Positions 38,967 through 49,628 of a stretch of 64,000 nt of DNA are shown here, piece after piece. The position numbers and the translations under genes were made by a program. This stretch comes from a virus (lineage: Duplodnaviria > Caudoviricetes). Each line of letters opens with the position of its first letter. The first letter of the stretch is position 1. The stretch lies in IMG/VR virus record IMGVR_UViG_3300014826_000005, positions 8,167 through 72,166 of that record; one strand, given 5' to 3'. The notes beneath the pieces are model-generated. The model was not told the DNA's origin and did not search any database. It saw only the letters and a program-made list of their open reading frames with translations.

Positions 38967-41441
38967 ATGGGTAAGAAGAAGAAAAAATCATCAATTCTCT
39001 TTGATGAGAATGGAAAGATTGGTAATGAAGTCATTACACAAATGAATGTTGCTGATGCAGATTTAAACTATATCCAATTATTTGCAGCAAATAAAAATCT
39101 CTATCGAACAATCTCTTCTTTACAAGATGGACTCAAACCAGGTAAAAGAAGATTGTTTTATAGTTGGTGGGAAAAAGAAGGGAAACCACAAAATACAAAT
39201 CCAGCCACATTAAAGAAATTAAAGTTTTATAAAGTATCAGAATTAGCAGCTGGTGTTGTAAAATATCATCCGCATGGTGATGCGAATATGTCTGATCTCA
39301 TTGGACGTGAAGGTCAATATTGGAATAATAATGTTATGACAGTTGTCCCTCATGGATCTTATGGAAATATGCGTGGTGATGTACCAGCAGCTGGAAGATA
39401 TCGTACAGCAAAAATAAGTGAGTACATGATTGATTGTTTCTTTGATGATTTCAATAAGTATTGTGTACCAATGAAACTAAGCTACAATGGTGTGGATTAT
39501 GAACCAGAATATTTCCCTAGTAAATATCCTAATATCTTATTCAATCCTCAATTTAGTGGTATTGGATTTGGTATGGCAAGTAATATCCCACCATTTAATG
39601 TAAAAGAAGTTTTAGAAGCTACGATTAAGCTTATGAAAAATCCTAAAGCAAAAATCTTATTGATTCCTGATTCACCAACAGGTTGTGATGTACTTGATGA
39701 AGGTTTATTTAAAGCTATTAATAAGACAGGACAAGCTAAAGTAACTTTTAGAGCAACTACAGAAATTGATTATGTAGAAAACAAAATTCATGTCTCATCA
39801 CTTCCTATTAATAGTAGTTCTAAAGCTGTTATTAATAAGATTACTGTCCTTAAAACAACTAAGGTAAAAAATGGAGAAAATATCTTTGAAGATATTATTG
39901 AAATTAAAGATAGTACAAAAGAAGGAGAAGTTGATTTAGATATTTATCTTAAACCAGAAGCGAAAGCTGATAAAATCTTAGCAGCTCTTTATAAGAAGAA
40001 TATTGGTTTAAAATCTACATTCCCTGTTGGCATTACAGTTATTGATGATTATAAAGAATATGAATACGGTGTAAAGGATTTGTTATTAGAATGGATTGAA
40101 TATCGTAGAGATGCTGTAAGAAGTATGCATTTAAATAATCTTCGTATTATTATGGAAAAGATTCATATGAATGATGTCCTTCTTATGGTCTTCAACAAGG
40201 ATAATATCAATACAACGATTCGTATATCTCGTAATGCTAAGAATAAGAAAGAGATGATGGAAAAGTTAATGTCAACATTCCATATTACTTCTCTTCAAGC
40301 ATCTACTATTGCTGATATGCATATTTATCAATTCAATAAAGATATCTATGCGAAGTTTAAAGAAGAAAAGAAATCTCTTGCTGATGAACTTAAGAAAATT
40401 GAATCTATTTTATCAAGTGATAAAAATATTGATGCTTTCATCATTGATCAACTTAATGAAGGTATTAAGAAGTATGGACGACCAAGAAAAAGTAAGGTTG
40501 TTAAAGAAGATGATAGTGGAAATGAAAATATTCCTGATACAGAACACCTTGTAGGAATTTCTGAATCTGGATATATTAAGAAATTATCATTAAAGAATAA
40601 TGACAGTATTGGTGTTGTGGGTACAACAAATAGTACACTTAACGTACTTCAATTGAATAATAGAGAAAATCTTCTTGTCATTGATTCTAAAGGATATATT
40701 ACAAAAGTTTCTATTTCAGCTATTCCTAATATGAATTATGATGAGGTTGGTGTGGAACTTAATAAGTTCTTTAATATCAAAGGAACGATTAAAGCTGTTA
40801 TGGAACTTCCATCTATGGATATTCTTAAAGTAAGAGAAAACTTTAGCATACTCTTTATTACACGTAATGGTATTGGTAAGAAAGTGAAAATGAATGAATT
40901 TAAGAATCTTGCTGATACAAAAATAGGTATTAAACTTAATAAAGGTGATGAAGTTGCAGCAGCAATATTTGTTTTGGATGATAGTGATAACGATGTCATT
41001 GTAGCAACAAATAAAGGTGATGGCATTAGAATTCGTATTTCTGATTTTAAAACATATTCACCTTCTGCTAAAGGAACGAAAATTATTTCTCTTAAAGAAA
41101 ATGAACATGTTGTATCATTAAGTAAGATTAATCCTAATCAAAAACTTCTATTCTATGTAACAAATTCAGGTAGAGTTAAAGTCACTGAATTAAAATATTT
41201 CCCTAGAATGAAATTAACAGATTCATCTTTATCTCTTATTTCATTACAAGGTAATGAAGATTTAATCGGTGTAGCTTCTGTTAATAAGAACGATGCTGTT
41301 ATTATCTATAAGAAGAAATCAAACTTTGAAACGCTTTATATTAAAGATTTAGAAATCTCTATGAGAAGTAGTAAAGGACAAAAGTTAATTAAAACACCTC
41401 AAGGAGATAAAGTTGTTGCTTATAAAATCTTTAAGAAATAA
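38967..41441 (+). CDS. gyrA: Type IIA topoisomerase A subunit (GyrA/ParC-like) with C-terminal beta-pinwheel repeats
   Basis: DGLKPGKRR, YHPHGD, catalytic AAGRY, GIGFGMASNIPPFN. Confidence 0.93.
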   Translation: MGKKKKKSSILFDENGKIGNEVITQMNVADADLNYIQLFAANKNLYRTISSLQDGLKPGKRRLFYSWWEKEGKPQNTNPATLKKLKFYKVSELAAGVVKYHPHGDANMSDLIGREGQYWNNNVMTVVPHGSYGNMRGDVPAAGRYRTAKISEYMIDCFFDDFNKYCVPMKLSYNGVDYEPEYFPSKYPNILFNPQFSGIGFGMASNIPPFNVKEVLEATIKLMKNPKAKILLIPDSPTGCDVLDEGLFKAINKTGQAKVTFRATTEIDYVENKIHVSSLPINSSSKAVINKITVLKTTKVKNGENIFEDIIEIKDSTKEGEVDLDIYLKPEAKADKILAALYKKNIGLKSTFPVGITVIDDYKEYEYGVKDLLLEWIEYRRDAVRSMHLNNLRIIMEKIHMNDVLLMVFNKDNINTTIRISRNAKNKKEMMEKLMSTFHITSLQASTIADMHIYQFNKDIYAKFKEEKKSLADELKKIESILSSDKNIDAFIIDQLNEGIKKYGRPRKSKVVKEDDSGNENIPDTEHLVGISESGYIKKLSLKNNDSIGVVGTTNSTLNVLQLNNRENLLVIDSKGYITKVSISAIPNMNYDEVGVELNKFFNIKGTIKAVMELPSMDILKVRENFSILFITRNGIGKKVKMNEFKNLADTKIGIKLNKGDEVAAAIFVLDDSDNDVIVATNKGDGIRIRISDFKTYSPSAKGTKIISLKENEHVVSLSKINPNQKLLFYVTNSGRVKVTELKYFPRMKLTDSSLSLISLQGNEDLIGVASVNKNDAVIIYKKKSNFETLYIKDLEISMRSSKGQKLIKTPQGDKVVAYKIFKK

Positions 41442-41678
41442 TAATTATTAATTATTTTACAAACTATTATTTATGGGTGAAGAACTTTTATATATGAATA
41501 GGCAAACCAAGTCATTCACTCATACTCCTATTTCTTATATTGTGAATATAAATACATATAAGAATATAATGCATAAAGATATAAGAACATGTCGTGGTAG
41601 CATGTTCTTATATCATTTTTTTTATAAAAAAAGAAATAGATATACTGAAATAATTCAGTATATCTATTATAAAGGTTT

Positions 41679-42824
41679 TTATTCAACAATCTGGAACCAA
41701 AGACCTTCGCCAGTGAATGTAGGTTCATCAGCAGAAACCTTTGCTTCTAATACGTTGTCTAACTTAGCAGCATATGCAGCTGACATTACACCATTCTGAG
41801 AAGCTGAAGCTAATGTAGCAGCATTCTGAGGAGTGTAACCTAATTTATCCTTGATAACTGCATCTGTAACATATTTATCTACTAAATTAGTACCATTTAA
41901 GTTTTCAACATTACTTAATCCAACATCAGCAGCAGTTGTTCCATGTGGGTTAGTAGCAGACTTACCTTCAGCCTGTGGATGAGTGTAAACTAATGTTTCA
42001 GCACCATTAATCTTTATATAGCCGTTCTTTTCTGAAGCTTCAGTTAAAGTAGCATCAACTCTTGCATGAGCAGCCTGTGAGTGGTCATAAGCAACCTTAC
42101 CACGAGCACCATCAAATGCAGTAGAAGAAGTTTCACCTAAAGCTAATGTTTCAGAGATAACAACGAACTTAGAACCAGACCAACGATAAGTCTTTTCTGA
42201 AGCACCATCACCAACTGCATCAACATAGATTTTACCTGTTTCTGGTGTAACTGGTGAATTATCAGCTAATGTTGCAGTTGCTAAATCTGCACCCATCTTA
42301 ACTTCAACAACGTCATCAACGTATGAAGGTAACTGAGTAGCAGGTACGAAACCGTTTTCGTCAAGTGTTGCAACACCAGTAACGCCATCAGCAGTCTTAG
42401 CACCTAACTGAGTCTTCTTAACATAAGTACCATCAGCAGCTGTAGTTAAAGCAGTAACAGCATCCTGTACTTTCTTAACTGCACTAGCAGTTGCTGCTAC
42501 TGTATCATCTGCAACGTTAGTTGCGTTAGATAACTTAACAACACCAGCTTTTTCTAATGTAGCTGACTGGATAGTAGCCCATGTATTATCGTTTCTTAAG
42601 AAACGTAAGTTATCAGCAGTTTCAAGTTCAGGTACATGATTACCATGTTCTTTAAGAGCTAAAGTTGCAACGATTTCATCAATGTTACGACCTTTGGCAT
42701 CATACACGTTAGTACTCTTAGTTAATGGATAAATAGGAGTATTTTTTGCACCGACTTTTTGATTAATAATAATATTTAAGCCTGTTTGTAATTCTTTAGC
42801 CATTGTAAAATTAAGTCCTTTCAC
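41679..42824 (-). CDS. Short tail-fibre-like protein
   Basis: 381 aa; shares the LPSYVDDV...KTYRWSG...AFDGARGKVAY module with the long fibre; late promoter. Confidence 0.7.
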   Translation of the reverse strand: MKGLNFTMAKELQTGLNIIINQKVGAKNTPIYPLTKSTNVYDAKGRNIDEIVATLALKEHGNHVPELETADNLRFLRNDNTWATIQSATLEKAGVVKLSNATNVADDTVAATASAVKKVQDAVTALTTAADGTYVKKTQLGAKTADGVTGVATLDENGFVPATQLPSYVDDVVEVKMGADLATATLADNSPVTPETGKIYVDAVGDGASEKTYRWSGSKFVVISETLALGETSSTAFDGARGKVAYDHSQAAHARVDATLTEASEKNGYIKINGAETLVYTHPQAEGKSATNPHGTTAADVGLSNVENLNGTNLVDKYVTDAVIKDKLGYTPQNAATLASASQNGVMSAAYAAKLDNVLEAKVSADEPTFTGEGLWFQIVE

Positions 42825-42888
42825 TTTATTTTTCTCTATATAAATATATCACTTATAACGAGTGATATATTCATTTTGAGTTGAGATT

Positions 42889-42900
42889 TATTATAATGTT
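42889..42900 (-). promoter_or_regulatory. Late-type promoter AACA-N6-TA
   Basis: AACAttataaTA. Confidence 0.6.
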
Positions 42901-42960
42901 CCTTTTTTTGTCGTGTTAATATAGTATAGCAATGTATTTTATGCATTATTTTAACATAAA

Positions 42961-42972
42961 AACAACTTATTA
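42961..42972 (+). promoter_or_regulatory. Late-type promoter AACA-N6-TA
   Basis: AACAacttatTA. Confidence 0.6.
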
Positions 42973-43028
42973 AGCTATTTACTTATATAATAAGTAGAAT
43001 AAACCTAAAGAAAGTGAGGTGCACATAA

Positions 43029-44702
43029 ATGGCTATAGTAGATGTAGAAAAAATCATTAATGGTACGCCTATTAAAAGATTTTTTAATGCTTACGAAGCA
43101 ATGAAAGAAAACTATAACGAAGAAACAGCTAAAGTTTTTTATAATTTTCTTTCATCTCTACCTACTTCTATGGTTTTAGAAAATTCACGTTATATTTTCT
43201 CTGAACCAATGTATGGGTATGAATTCTATAGAAGATTGATTTTTGATCCATGCTTTGTGAATTTTACATCATTGGAAATTGAACATGAGAAAGTGTTGAA
43301 TTTTCTAAATGAAAATGGTTCAAAGATGGGTGAACATCAAAAAGAACTTTATGTCACATTAGAAGAAAAAATGAATCAATTGATTCAGAAAACAAAAAAT
43401 ATTCGAGCTATAGCAGAATATTTTAATACGAAGTATGACCATTTAGAGGCTAAATTATCTGATAGTGATAATCCCCAAAATGTTATCCTAGAGACAAATG
43501 ACCCAATAGTGAATATTTTGTATGCTCCATTTATCGGTTTAAGTGAAGAACTTTATAATTCATTATTAGACCAATCTGGTATTAGTGATGAATTAAAGAA
43601 GCTTCCTAACTCACTAGAAAAGTGGAGAAATTATGTTGATACTTGTATTGCTGCTAAATGCTTATATCAGGATGAACTTTATCAAGACAGAGTATCTTCT
43701 GAAAATAGAAAATATCGTGCTCTTTATGATTATTTTTCTAGTCAGGATGTTATGAAATCTCTTGATGATTTTATCACTGTGAAAGAAAAAACTCCATTCA
43801 CTTATGAATCAGCAGAGCTAGCTATTAATAATCTTTTTATTATGACAGAAATGTCTGACCTTTATAAAGATGAAGATGCTCAAGAAAAAAAGATGAATGA
43901 GAGTGCAAGAGAAATTGTAGAAGCATCTACAATGAATTTTCTTACAGCTTGTTATCAATCATATGAATCAACTGAAGATCTTGCAAAAGGATTTGATTTA
44001 TTAGATTCTGAAATCGATCATCCCGTTTCTGTGGAAGAGGGTATGAATTATATGATTACCCACTATCCCTTTCTTGGTGAATTCACAGAAGCAGTAGAAG
44101 AAGATAGTGATGAAGAAATTGATAAATTAGAAAAAGACGCTGTAGGTAAACCCAACGACCAAAACACTGTCACAAAACCTAAAGAAAAAAACTTAGCAAC
44201 AAAAATTCAGCACAGTGCTATGGATAAAGAAGCTAAGCAGATGCAGAAATCAGCTATTCGTAAACAGAAAGCTCAAGAAATTCTTAATGCTGGTAAAGCT
44301 GTTATCCAACTTCCAATGAATGTTGTTAAGAGTATTGGTGATGTCGTCGGCAAGATTGGTAAAATGGACGATAAACGTCGTAAAGATTATATAAAAGAAC
44401 CTGGTTTTAGAAAAAAGATTTTTAGAAATTTAAAACTTGCTCTTCTTTATGGAACGGCTGCTCAAATTAAATTAGCATTAGTTCCTGTTACTATGGTGAT
44501 TCGTCATTTTAGTAAGGATAAAAATATTCGTATTCGTAATGAATTAGTACGTGAATTAAATACAGAAATTAAAATTACTGATTCGAAAATTGAAGATGCT
44601 AATAGTGCTGATGATAAAAAAGAAAAATATCGTCTTATGAGAATAAGAGATGAACTTGAAGCTGAAATGCTTCGTGTTAAGACTAATAGTAAATATATTT
44701 AG
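43029..44702 (+). CDS. Probable prohead core/internal head protein
   Basis: 557 aa in the head operon; internal FTE-A site; basic C-terminal domain. Confidence 0.5.
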   Translation: MAIVDVEKIINGTPIKRFFNAYEAMKENYNEETAKVFYNFLSSLPTSMVLENSRYIFSEPMYGYEFYRRLIFDPCFVNFTSLEIEHEKVLNFLNENGSKMGEHQKELYVTLEEKMNQLIQKTKNIRAIAEYFNTKYDHLEAKLSDSDNPQNVILETNDPIVNILYAPFIGLSEELYNSLLDQSGISDELKKLPNSLEKWRNYVDTCIAAKCLYQDELYQDRVSSENRKYRALYDYFSSQDVMKSLDDFITVKEKTPFTYESAELAINNLFIMTEMSDLYKDEDAQEKKMNESAREIVEASTMNFLTACYQSYESTEDLAKGFDLLDSEIDHPVSVEEGMNYMITHYPFLGEFTEAVEEDSDEEIDKLEKDAVGKPNDQNTVTKPKEKNLATKIQHSAMDKEAKQMQKSAIRKQKAQEILNAGKAVIQLPMNVVKSIGDVVGKIGKMDDKRRKDYIKEPGFRKKIFRNLKLALLYGTAAQIKLALVPVTMVIRHFSKDKNIRIRNELVRELNTEIKITDSKIEDANSADDKKEKYRLMRIRDELEAEMLRVKTNSKYI

Positions 44703-44714
44703 GAGTGATGAATT

Positions 44715-45545
44715 TTGATTAAAGAATATAAGAAGAATTCATCCTATGGAAAATATTTCTTAGCTCTCTTTAAAGAAGCAGATGAAGATGAAAATAATTA
44801 TCCAGCAAATAGAAAAATCATTAATGCTAAACCGGATAACCGACGTCGTTTTGATTATACATCTTTGAATAATACTGAAGATGATAATACAAATGACGAT
44901 AATCAAGATAACACTAATGATACGAATACTGAGGATGAAGATAATCAACCTGCTGAAGATACTACTCAAGACGATACAAATGATAACAATCAAGATGATG
45001 GGGATGATACTGATTATTCAGATGATACCCCTGATGATGATAATACAAATGATGAAAAACAAGAGGGTAATAATGATGATGAAACTGTTATCAACACAGA
45101 TGATGGTGATGATGCATCAGATGATACTACGGACTATACCGATGATGGTACTGGTAATGATAATGGTGATGAAGAGAACCAAGATGATAACCAGAATCAG
45201 GATGATGAAGGTAATGATGAAAAAAAAGGTCCAGGTATTGAGTATGATTCAACACGTAAATATATTCTCTTTAACAGATTCATTGATCTTATTACATCAT
45301 TAGATAATTATATTAATAAACTTGAAAATAGTACGACTGACGATATCAATATTAATAGAGTAATAGAAATTGCTATCGATAAGTTGCGAGATATTCGTAG
45401 CTTAGCCTATGACTATACGACAATTAAATATGAAGCAAGTACTTATGTACAATCATTATTATTCTATAATCAATTGATTGTCATGACAGAGATGATTTTT
45501 GAGTTATTAAACAAATCATCAAAGAAGCTAAATACGCAAAAATAA
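44715..45545 (+). CDS. Acidic Asp/Asn-rich protein, probable scaffold/prohead core
   Basis: 276 aa immediately upstream of the major capsid gene; FKE-A site. Confidence 0.55.
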   Translation: MIKEYKKNSSYGKYFLALFKEADEDENNYPANRKIINAKPDNRRRFDYTSLNNTEDDNTNDDNQDNTNDTNTEDEDNQPAEDTTQDDTNDNNQDDGDDTDYSDDTPDDDNTNDEKQEGNNDDETVINTDDGDDASDDTTDYTDDGTGNDNGDEENQDDNQNQDDEGNDEKKGPGIEYDSTRKYILFNRFIDLITSLDNYINKLENSTTDDININRVIEIAIDKLRDIRSLAYDYTTIKYEASTYVQSLLFYNQLIVMTEMIFELLNKSSKKLNTQK

Positions 45546-45580
45546 AATGTAATGAAAAAATATTGTATTTATCAAGTTAA

Positions 45581-45592
45581 AACATTACATTA
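45581..45592 (+). promoter_or_regulatory. Late-type promoter AACA-N6-TA (first of two before the capsid gene)
   Basis: AACAttacatTA. Confidence 0.6.
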
Positions 45593-45658
45593 AAAAAGTA
45601 AATTGCTGGATTTTAGCAATTGCTATTTGTTTCTAGTGAGTAGAAATGCTTTAATAGA

Positions 45659-45670
45659 AACAAATTATTA
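45659..45670 (+). promoter_or_regulatory. Late-type promoter AACA-N6-TA (second before the capsid gene)
   Basis: AACAaattatTA. Confidence 0.6.
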
Positions 45671-45723
45671 AAATTTTGATAAAATCCTAGATAGAAAATT
45701 TGAAAAAAGGAGTGTATTAAATA

Positions 45724-47478
45724 ATGATTACTTTCTTAACAGAATCATCAAAAGATTTTGAAGTAACTGAAACAGTTGGTGGTTTTAACCACAGCTCATC
45801 AGTAAACTCTTTCGATGATATTTTCGAAGAAGCAACTCAATCAATTCGTGCTAATGGTATTGACCCATTAGTTGATATTAATAAATTGATTAAGAACAAT
45901 GCGGCTATGAAGAGTTATAAGGATGGACTTTTAAGTCAATTAAAAGCTGAATCTGAAGACATGCAGTTATCAAATGAAGATTATGGTACTCATAATACTA
46001 TTTATGAACAGACTTCTCAATTATGGGATAACTGTGTTGAAGATTTAGTAAAAGAATCAACTCGTGTAGCTTCATTATTACCAATCAAGGCTGTTGATTT
46101 CCCTGTACTTGTTAAGCAGAACTTAAAGTTAGCTACAAAGGATATCATGCAGACTGAAGTTACAAAAACTCCAATCGTAAAGAAACACATTGAACAGACT
46201 TATATCATTGATAAGAAGTCTAATAAGAAGTGGAAATATCCACAGTGCTTCTTTAATGATGAATTCAAAGAAGTATACCAGGCTGGTAAAGGTTTACCTA
46301 TTAAGAATACTAAGGTAACATTACCACAGATGGAATACGATATTATCACTAATCTTACTGATGGTGTAAAGGATAGAGATCAGTTCACTATGGACCTTCA
46401 CATTGATAAGGTTTATGTTGGTGATACTCCAATCATTTTACATCAACCAATCAGAATCAATCCAGCTGACCAGGCATTACTTGGTGGTGTTATCAACACA
46501 ACTGTTAAAGATGCTCATGGTGCTGATGTTGAAGTTAAAGATGTTATCTCTGGTTTCGCTGATCCAGAAGGTAAGACTGTAACAATTACTTCTGCTGCTG
46601 GTCAGATTACTGCAGTAGAATTCTCAGGATATCTTTCAAATGAACGTAATGAAAGAACTGTAACTTTCGATTATGCTCGTGAAGAAAGAGAATGGAAGAT
46701 CGAAGACGGTTTCCGTGCTGACATCCCTTATTCTCTAGAAGAACTTGAAGATGCTAAAGCATTAATGGATATCGATCTTTACAAGAAGACTTATAACAAC
46801 TTAACTGATATCTTAGCTCAGATGGAAGATAGCCAGGTATTATCTTGGTTAGATGAACAGTTCGAAAAATTCGATGGTATTGAATTAAATCCATTAGATT
46901 GGAACCCATTCATTACTAAACAGGTATTCGATTGTGATTCAACTTCATTAACTACAGCTTTACCAAATGAATACATCGAAAAGATGTTAAAATTCCAGAT
47001 TGACCGTCTGTTAATCGACATTGCTGATAAAGCTAAGTTAGAAGATATGACTTTCGTTATCTATGGTAACCCAAGATTTATCTCATTATTGAACTCTGTT
47101 GTAAACTGGGTAACTCGTCCTGGTTCTACATCAAATGGTGTTAAACTTGACTATGGTTATGGTATCATGACTTCTGGTGATATCAAGGTTCAGGTTGTAT
47201 CAACTAAGAAGGTTAATGCTAAATACGACAAGGATACTAAGTTATTCTCTGGTTTACGTATTATTCCATTCCCTCTTTCAGAAGAACAGTTCACATTCAA
47301 ACATTATAAATATACAACTCATATCTTAACAGCTCAGAACTCAGCTTATCGTTCAGCTGACTTACCTGGCGGATCTATGACTTACTTAATGGGTACTTCA
47401 CGTTATACTAACGCATCTATCCAGGGTATTCAGGGTCAAATGCAGTTAGCTAATGCTGAACAGTGGATTAAGTTATAA
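45724..47478 (+). CDS. Major capsid protein
   Basis: 584 aa; tandem late promoters, codon bias of a highly expressed gene, strong terminator, head-operon position. Confidence 0.75.
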   Translation: MITFLTESSKDFEVTETVGGFNHSSSVNSFDDIFEEATQSIRANGIDPLVDINKLIKNNAAMKSYKDGLLSQLKAESEDMQLSNEDYGTHNTIYEQTSQLWDNCVEDLVKESTRVASLLPIKAVDFPVLVKQNLKLATKDIMQTEVTKTPIVKKHIEQTYIIDKKSNKKWKYPQCFFNDEFKEVYQAGKGLPIKNTKVTLPQMEYDIITNLTDGVKDRDQFTMDLHIDKVYVGDTPIILHQPIRINPADQALLGGVINTTVKDAHGADVEVKDVISGFADPEGKTVTITSAAGQITAVEFSGYLSNERNERTVTFDYAREEREWKIEDGFRADIPYSLEELEDAKALMDIDLYKKTYNNLTDILAQMEDSQVLSWLDEQFEKFDGIELNPLDWNPFITKQVFDCDSTSLTTALPNEYIEKMLKFQIDRLLIDIADKAKLEDMTFVIYGNPRFISLLNSVVNWVTRPGSTSNGVKLDYGYGIMTSGDIKVQVVSTKKVNAKYDKDTKLFSGLRIIPFPLSEEQFTFKHYKYTTHILTAQNSAYRSADLPGGSMTYLMGTSRYTNASIQGIQGQMQLANAEQWIKL

Positions 47479-47494
47479 TATAAATAATGCTATC

Positions 47495-47535
47495 ATATGA
47501 AGTAACTACAATGTAGTTACTTCATATATTTTTTT
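47495..47535 (+). terminator. Intrinsic terminator
   Basis: ATATGAAGTAACTACA/TGTAGTTACTTCATAT stem plus T run. Confidence 0.8.
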
Positions 47536-47639
47536 ACCTTATCAATCTACACACTATTTCTAAAAACAAAATAATTAAGGATAGTATTTTTTGAACTAGA
47601 AATAAAAATATTTTTCTAATATATAGGAGGAAAATAGTT

Positions 47640-48545
47640 ATGCGTTTTAATGTTCATGGCGGTCACTCTCTTAGATGCAGAGGAGCTTCAGGTTTACTAG
47701 ATGAAACAAATGAAGACCGCAAAGTAAAAAATGCTCTTATTAGTTTACTTAGATCTCAAGGTCATACTGTTTATGACTGTACTGATGATGTTGGCTCTAC
47801 TCAAAATCAAAACCTTCATAATATTGTCAATAAGTGTAATGCTCATAAAGTTGACTTAGATATCTCTATCCACTTAAATGCTGGTGGAGGTCATGGATGT
47901 GAAGTTTATGGCTATAGCAATAGAATGAGTGGTGTTGGTGCTCGTGTATCTGCTAATATTGCAAGTGCATTAGGTATTACTAATAGAGGATTTAAAGTAA
48001 GAACTAATCTTTATGTTCTTCATAGAACAAATTCACCTGCTATCTTAGTTGAATGCTGCTTTGTTGATAGTGCAACAGATAAAGCACATTGGAATGTAGA
48101 TAAGTGTGCAAAAGCTATTGCTGAAGGTGTTACTGGTAAGGCTATTACTGAATCAGCTAAACCAGCTCCAGCTCCTGCACCAGCTCCAAAACCTGCAACA
48201 CATTCATCAAATAAGATTTCTGTAGATGGTGTTTGGGGTAAAGGTACAAACAGAAGATTACAGCAATGGTTAGGTATGAGAACTGTTGATGGTATTATTT
48301 CTAATCAGCCTGTAAGTGCTAAAAAGGTACTCATTAGTATTGATCCTAAGGGATGGGAATTTGAAACTGGTGGAAAAGGTTCACCAACTATTTCAGCTCT
48401 CCAGAAGAGATTAGGTATTGGTGCTGATGGTAAACTTGGTCCTAATACAATTAAAGCTATCCAAAGATGGGTTGGTACTACTGCTGATGGAGTCGCTGGT
48501 CCTAAGACTGTAAGAGCTCTACAGAATAAGTTAAACTCATTATAA
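47640..48545 (+). CDS. N-acetylmuramoyl-L-alanine amidase (Amidase_3) endolysin with a Pro/Ala linker and peptidoglycan-binding repeats
   Basis: HGGH, LDE, SIHLNAGGGHGCEV, PAILVECCFVDS; DGVWG/DGKLGP/DGVAGP repeats. Confidence 0.9.
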   Translation: MRFNVHGGHSLRCRGASGLLDETNEDRKVKNALISLLRSQGHTVYDCTDDVGSTQNQNLHNIVNKCNAHKVDLDISIHLNAGGGHGCEVYGYSNRMSGVGARVSANIASALGITNRGFKVRTNLYVLHRTNSPAILVECCFVDSATDKAHWNVDKCAKAIAEGVTGKAITESAKPAPAPAPAPKPATHSSNKISVDGVWGKGTNRRLQQWLGMRTVDGIISNQPVSAKKVLISIDPKGWEFETGGKGSPTISALQKRLGIGADGKLGPNTIKAIQRWVGTTADGVAGPKTVRALQNKLNSL

Positions 48546-48848
48546 AATAAAGAAGATAACTGGTATATTATTCCAGTTATCTTTTCTAATAAAGAAAAAA
48601 AATGAAATACTAGATAAAATATTTTATCTAGTATTTCTTTATATAAATAGTAAGGAACGTGTACACAGATCGTTCTCTTATTGGTATAAATACCAACCAT
48701 AAATAGGTATAAGATGTTGGGTTAAGTTGGGTTAATAGAACCTATTTATGTCTATTCGTCAAACTATTTTCTATTAATACAATGTTGAAAATTCTATTTA
48801 AAGATTTACATTAATATAATAATTATATCATTAGGAGAAAATTATATT

Positions 48849-48920
48849 ATGACATTATTGATTCTCATTGTAGCAATTTTATTTATTTTATATATTGATT
48901 TTTGTGATTTTAAAAGATAA
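48849..48920 (+). CDS. Hydrophobic micropeptide (23 aa, MTLLILIVAILFILYIDFCDFKR)
   Basis: AGGAG RBS. Confidence 0.45.
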   Translation: MTLLILIVAILFILYIDFCDFKR

Positions 48921-48946
48921 CTAAAGGATTTTTTAAATATAACACT

Positions 48947-49039
48947 ATGGATTTTATCGAATTTATTGTAAATAACTATGTAGAACTTATTTCTATTTTA
49001 GTTGTATTAATTATTTACCATTTTCTTCTCGATGATTAA
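48947..49039 (+). CDS. Hydrophobic micropeptide (30 aa, MDFIEFIVNNYVELISILVVLIIYHFLLDD)
   Basis: AAGGA upstream with long spacing; followed by a hairpin. Confidence 0.4.
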   Translation: MDFIEFIVNNYVELISILVVLIIYHFLLDD

Positions 49040-49100
49040 TTAGATGAAATATAGATATATGATTAGAATATTAATCATATATCTATATTTTCCTACTTTA

Positions 49101-49496
49101 TTAATTATAAGCTAATTGATTCTGCTTACTTTCATCTTTAATTTTTTGAATAAGATTGTTAATTTTATGCTGTAACAATTTTAATTTAGATTTATCATTT
49201 GATTGAATCTCATCTTTGATGTTATCAATAGCATGTTTATAATGCGTTCCATGTTTTTTATTTAAATCATAAAGATTATTAATATCTCTTGATAATTTAG
49301 CATATTGAGCAGTTCTTGTAATATTTTCTACTTTATTATTTTGTCTTATTGCTCTTTTATCAAGGTATTCAACTTTAGCTTCTGTTAAGTATTTAGAGAA
49401 TGCTAAAGTTGTAACTTTATTAAATTCTTCTAATGTAATTTCATCATTTACAAAGTTGTCGAAAACAGCTTCATATACGATTGCATATTTATCCAT
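49101..49496 (-). CDS. Probable internal head protein
   Basis: 131 aa, late promoter, YLTE-A site. Confidence 0.5.
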   Translation of the reverse strand: MDKYAIVYEAVFDNFVNDEITLEEFNKVTTLAFSKYLTEAKVEYLDKRAIRQNNKVENITRTAQYAKLSRDINNLYDLNKKHGTHYKHAIDNIKDEIQSNDKSKLKLLQHKINNLIQKIKDESKQNQLAYN

Positions 49497-49526
49497 AAAA
49501 AATGATTCCTCCTTTTGTGCGTATAT

Positions 49527-49538
49527 TAAAAAGATGTT
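49527..49538 (-). promoter_or_regulatory. Late-type promoter AACA-N6-TA
   Basis: AACAtcttttTA. Confidence 0.6.
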
Positions 49539-49586
49539 TTATATACCCCATATTACTAAGTAATTTTCACAAAAAGTAATCAAAAA

Positions 49587-49598
49587 AACATTAACTTA
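49587..49598 (+). promoter_or_regulatory. Late-type promoter AACA-N6-TA
   Basis: AACAttaactTA. Confidence 0.6.
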
Positions 49599-49628
49599 AG
49601 ATTTTTAATATGGAAAGGAGGCTCTCAT

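Noticed and set aside
41473-41799. 108-aa plus ORF and 66-aa minus ORF (41528-41728)
   Set aside because: They cross two terminator hairpins and overlap the fibre gene; no RBS.
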